A DNA stretch of 64,000 nt, from NCBI GenBank assembly GCA_964106915.2, contig OZ066915.1; one strand, given 5' to 3'. Origin of the DNA: Podarcis gaigeae. Lineage: Eukaryota. The notes beneath the pieces were generated by a model. The model was not told the origin of the DNA. It saw only the letters and a list, made by a program, of their open reading frames with translations, and made no database searches. Numbering within the stretch: position 1 is the first letter of the stretch; each line of letters starts with the position of its first letter. This document shows, in pieces, positions 60,684 to 64,000 of the stretch. A program made the translations under genes and the position numbers.

Positions 60684-61479
60684 TTTTCAAGAGTTTTCAA
60701 AAGTCTTGCTGAAAATAACAAAACAATGTAGTTTAACCTCATACAAAGATGCAAGAGAGACAGTCTGTATACAAGACTTCTTCAAGAACTACTGGGGTCA
60801 CTTCACATATGACAAACATATAGATGACCAGCATACATAGGTTACTGACTTTTGGATGTGTTTGCAGCTTTTAGATGCACACAAGATTGTTAACATATTA
60901 CGATCTACACACACAGTTGCAGGTTCAGTCCTACAAAGGACAGCCCTCCAGTTCAAGATGTTTACATGAAGCAACCTTTAAGCAAAAGCAAACAACAGAA
61001 AACAAAAACATAGCGCCACCAAAGATTAAATAGCTGCACATGCATTGAGCTACAGGCCAAAATACCTGAACCACTGGCATAGTAATTCAGCAGTGGATAA
61101 TTTCACATATGACCCCTTGACTGACAAAAGGAAGAAAGAAAAACTGGGAGGATAGGCAGTCCAAAGAATCTTGACTCACCAGTTCCAGAAGGGTAGCCTA
61201 CGGATCTGTTGCAACGTTGTGTGCAAAGAGTCTTGCAGCATGTTAAAACTTACAAAGACTTATTACGGCATAGCACATTGTGGACTACAGCCAGCCTTGA
61301 GTGCTTGCCCAAAATGACAGATAACGCTAGATGCCAGTATCTGGACAGGCAATATTTCATGGGTTCAGTGAAGCGAGCTCTAGCCCACCTAAGAATATGC
61401 CACAATGAACTCGCTAACCTGCAATACCTCGCCCCACCCCGCCAACACTTCTGTTTTCAAGGCGTTTAAAAACCAGGGA

Positions 61480-62450
61480 AATTATTGGTGTCGGAAACCC
61501 CCATCTCCTAAGTCTCCTAAGAAAACTGACACCGGCAGATCTAGGGAGGCTCCATCCCCGAGGGCTGAACGAGATCGCCCCAACCCGGCCACTTCTTCCT
61601 CCTCGTCTCGGATTCTTTTGCGGGGGACCGAAGTGAAGACTCCTCTGTGGCCGATCGCAAGTGAAGGAGGGCCGTGTCTCTCTCCTGGCGCACGGAGGAA
61701 ACGAAGAGATGGGCACAGAGGGATCAGGGGCGAGGAGGAGGAAGAAGAGGGGGAGAAGGACCACCCCCCGCTTTCCCTCTCCCCTCCCGGCCCCTTTCGC
61801 CCAGGGGCAGCATCCGTGCTTTGTAGGGGGAGGAGAAGCCCCTCCGCATCTCGCCCGGACTCGGCGGCCAAGGGCGCCCCGAGCGGCCACCCGCTTCCCC
61901 CGCCCCGGACAGCTCCGTCCATCCGAGGCCGGACAAGGTCAGGAGCGAAGAAGTGCCGGCTGGGCCGCCGCCGCCGCCGCCTCGGACACGAGCAAGCGAG
62001 GGCTAAGCGCCGCTTCCGAAGGAAACCGGGCCTCCTTCCCTCACGCGCCCCCCGCCGCCATCCTACCCGCCTCCCTCCCCCCCCCCCCCCCACTGGTCCC
62101 TTACCCGTCAATTAGCGTCCCTCCAACCCTCGTCTTCCAGCTCTTTCCGCTCTGTGTCAACCCAGCTCCGGCCGCCGCCGCCTATATAGTCGAAAGCAAA
62201 GGGGCACCACCGCGCACGCGCACCCGAAGACGCCTCTCCCGCGGCAACCCCCCCCCTCCCGCCGCCGCCACAAGAGCCCGGCCGCCGCGCATGCGCCGGG
62301 ATTGGCAACTCGCCCTCCTCGCGAGGGGGCGTAGTATGTCCCTCAGCCGCTTAAATAATCGTCGCGCTTGTATGTTCCTTCCCCGGGTTTATTTGCGGGG
62401 AGGGAGAGAGTCGAGATGGTTCTGTGTCTCCCGGCTGCGGCTGCGGAGAA
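61480..62450 (-). promoter_or_regulatory. ALAS1 CpG-island promoter with TATA-like box (62183-62188) and two NRF1 sites (62211-62222, 62286-62297)
   Basis: CGCGCACGCGCA and CGCGCATGCGCC match the NRF1 consensus YGCGCAYGCGCR; TATATA upstream of exon 1. Confidence 0.85.
62105..62160 (-). other. ALAS1: ALAS1 non-coding first exon (start approximate)
   Basis: CGG|GTAAGG donor at 62104; lies about 30 nt downstream of a TATA-like box. Confidence 0.7.
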
Positions 62451-62975
62451 GTGCCTTGTTTTAGTTGCATAGAATCACAGAACTCGAAAGGACCATCTCT
62501 CCCACCCACCTTCAGCTTCTACTTTATGACCCAGTTATGTGTAGAAAGTGTTTTTCCTTAAGAGAGATAAAAGCAACCCCTAAGGACACACACAAACATG
62601 CTGTCCAACTCCACCTGTGATTGCTGCCCTAGTATTTAGCCATACTTACCTTTTACCCCACTCTTTCTCTTTACAGGCACTTTAACCTCTTTCCCTGCAA
62701 AAACCTGCTCTTTAGCACTCAATCAGATCAAATGTCAGTTGGGTTTTCCACAGATTGCTGTTTGCTCCAATTCAGCTTTAAAGAACAGGTTTTCACAAGG
62801 AAAGCTTGGGGGGGGGAAAGATCATCAGACACAGAGTTTTAAAGCAGGGGCAGTGCCTGGAAAGTGCAGAGGAAAGTGTAGAGAAGCCCTTTCTGTGCCT
62901 ATTAGGAACAGACAAGGGACTTCTGTTTGGCATAGTGGCTGCTTGAGTCAAGCTTGGCCCAGCATGTAGAGCGAT

Positions 62976-63310
62976 GTTTTTGTTTTTTTTCCAAAAAATT
63001 ATTGATTTTTACAATATTAACGACAAACAAAAACACAAAACAACAAACATAAATCATAACCTTATTAAAAATAACAGTTATTAACTTTGTAAAGCGACTT
63101 CCTCATTTCCCCTTAGTAGAATTTCATTGCAAATCCTTATAACGGTTTTCCAAAACCCAATTTTCATACACTTTAAATTGAACATTAACATCTTTAAATC
63201 TTCTCCTTATAGTATTAAACACATTATTTTATCAGTTAACATAAATACAATCCTAAGCCCATTAAATATCTGGAAGCTATTTCCAATTAGCTTAACACAT
63301 TTAACTAAAT
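62976..63310 (-). mobile_element. Probable L1-clade LINE 3' end
   Basis: T-rich run (reverse poly-A) followed by AT-rich sequence resembling a lizard L1 3'UTR/ORF2 end. Confidence 0.45.
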
Positions 63311-63599
63311 AATCATTAGCATGTAGAGTGGTGTTGGGAAGTTCCCACCTTCTGTAGTCTGAAATACTAATATCAGGGCCAAAGTTGTGGGAATTGTGTG
63401 CTACGGGCACATCCACACTTGCATTTGACATGTATTTTGATCATACTGTGTACCGATTAATTCCCCCAGGAATCAATCCAATCTTGCCCACTTAATTGGA
63501 TATTATCAGATTTTGCTTAACTGAGCTTCAGTTCAGTGGAGAAGGAAAGGCACTCTGCATCAATTTATAGGGAACATTCTCTTAATTATGGCTTTGCCC

Positions 63600-63830
63600 A
63601 TTCCAGAGTTGGTCTGATGCTGCAAATGGAGCAGTCCTTGAAGGCTGCTGAAATCTTCATTGTTATACTGCAAAAGCTTGTTTACTGAGAGGGATGAGCT
63701 GTGAAGAGCATCTTGCTCCAGTGCTTAAGCATATGTATTGGCTCCTTTACTGTCTGATAACAATTCAGAGTGCTTGTACTGGTGAATAAATCCCTTAATG
63801 GCTTGGGCTCTGTATATCTCAGAGGCCTGC
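63600..63830 (+). mobile_element. Old L2 ORF2 fragment
   Basis: Degenerate HLAPVLKHMYWL...QFRVLVLVNKSLNGLGSVYLR motif. Confidence 0.7.
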
Positions 63831-64000
63831 CTTTTCTAATTTCTTCAGGCATGGCCTTTAAATGTCAGCCAAGTGCGTCTGTACACCAGGTTCAAACATC
63901 AAGGGCACATCTTAGAGAGGAGCTGTGTGTGTCAGTTGGGGAACTCTTCTCTAGACAAACATGAAAGGACAAAGCCTAAAAACCTTTTCTGCTTGTGCTG

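Noticed and set aside
61405-62464. 209-267-aa Pro/Arg/Gly-rich ORFs
   Set aside because: Artefacts of the ALAS1 CpG island
1-64000. CRISPR arrays, operons or prokaryotic defence systems
   Set aside because: The sequence is intron-containing vertebrate DNA with no repeat-spacer arrays

Overview
Eukaryotic (vertebrate) genomic DNA, almost certainly a squamate and most like a lacertid lizard, judged from Sauria SINEs, lizard-type L2/CR1/Penelope remnants and hAT MITEs. Three protein-coding genes are supported. (1) The last four coding exons and probable long 3'UTR of TWF2 (twinfilin-2, + strand, 3933-6249). (2) A complete ALAS1 (- strand, 10 coding exons 60683-50473, 637 aa) with a non-coding first exon and a CpG-island/TATA/2xNRF1 promoter near 62.1-62.3 kb. 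(3) Between them, a GH56 hyaluronidase gene (- strand, core exons 19725-18717, 17607-17518, 16440-16048) with intact catalytic residues and a GPI-type tail. In human the TWF2-ALAS1 interval holds TLR9; here no TLR-sized ORF is visible and the hyaluronidase occupies that slot. Its large exon has no in-frame ATG before the signal peptide. Two separate CpG-rich upstream regions (near 27.2 kb and 41.4 kb) each supply an ATG and a phase-2 donor that join it in frame, and a Kozak-perfect ATG lies one base out of frame just before the hydrophobic stretch. The rest is introns/intergenic DNA with transposon relics (including Penelope-type repeats carrying a decayed hammerhead ribozyme), microsatellites and three short tandem duplications. 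All calls come from manual reading; no searches were run.
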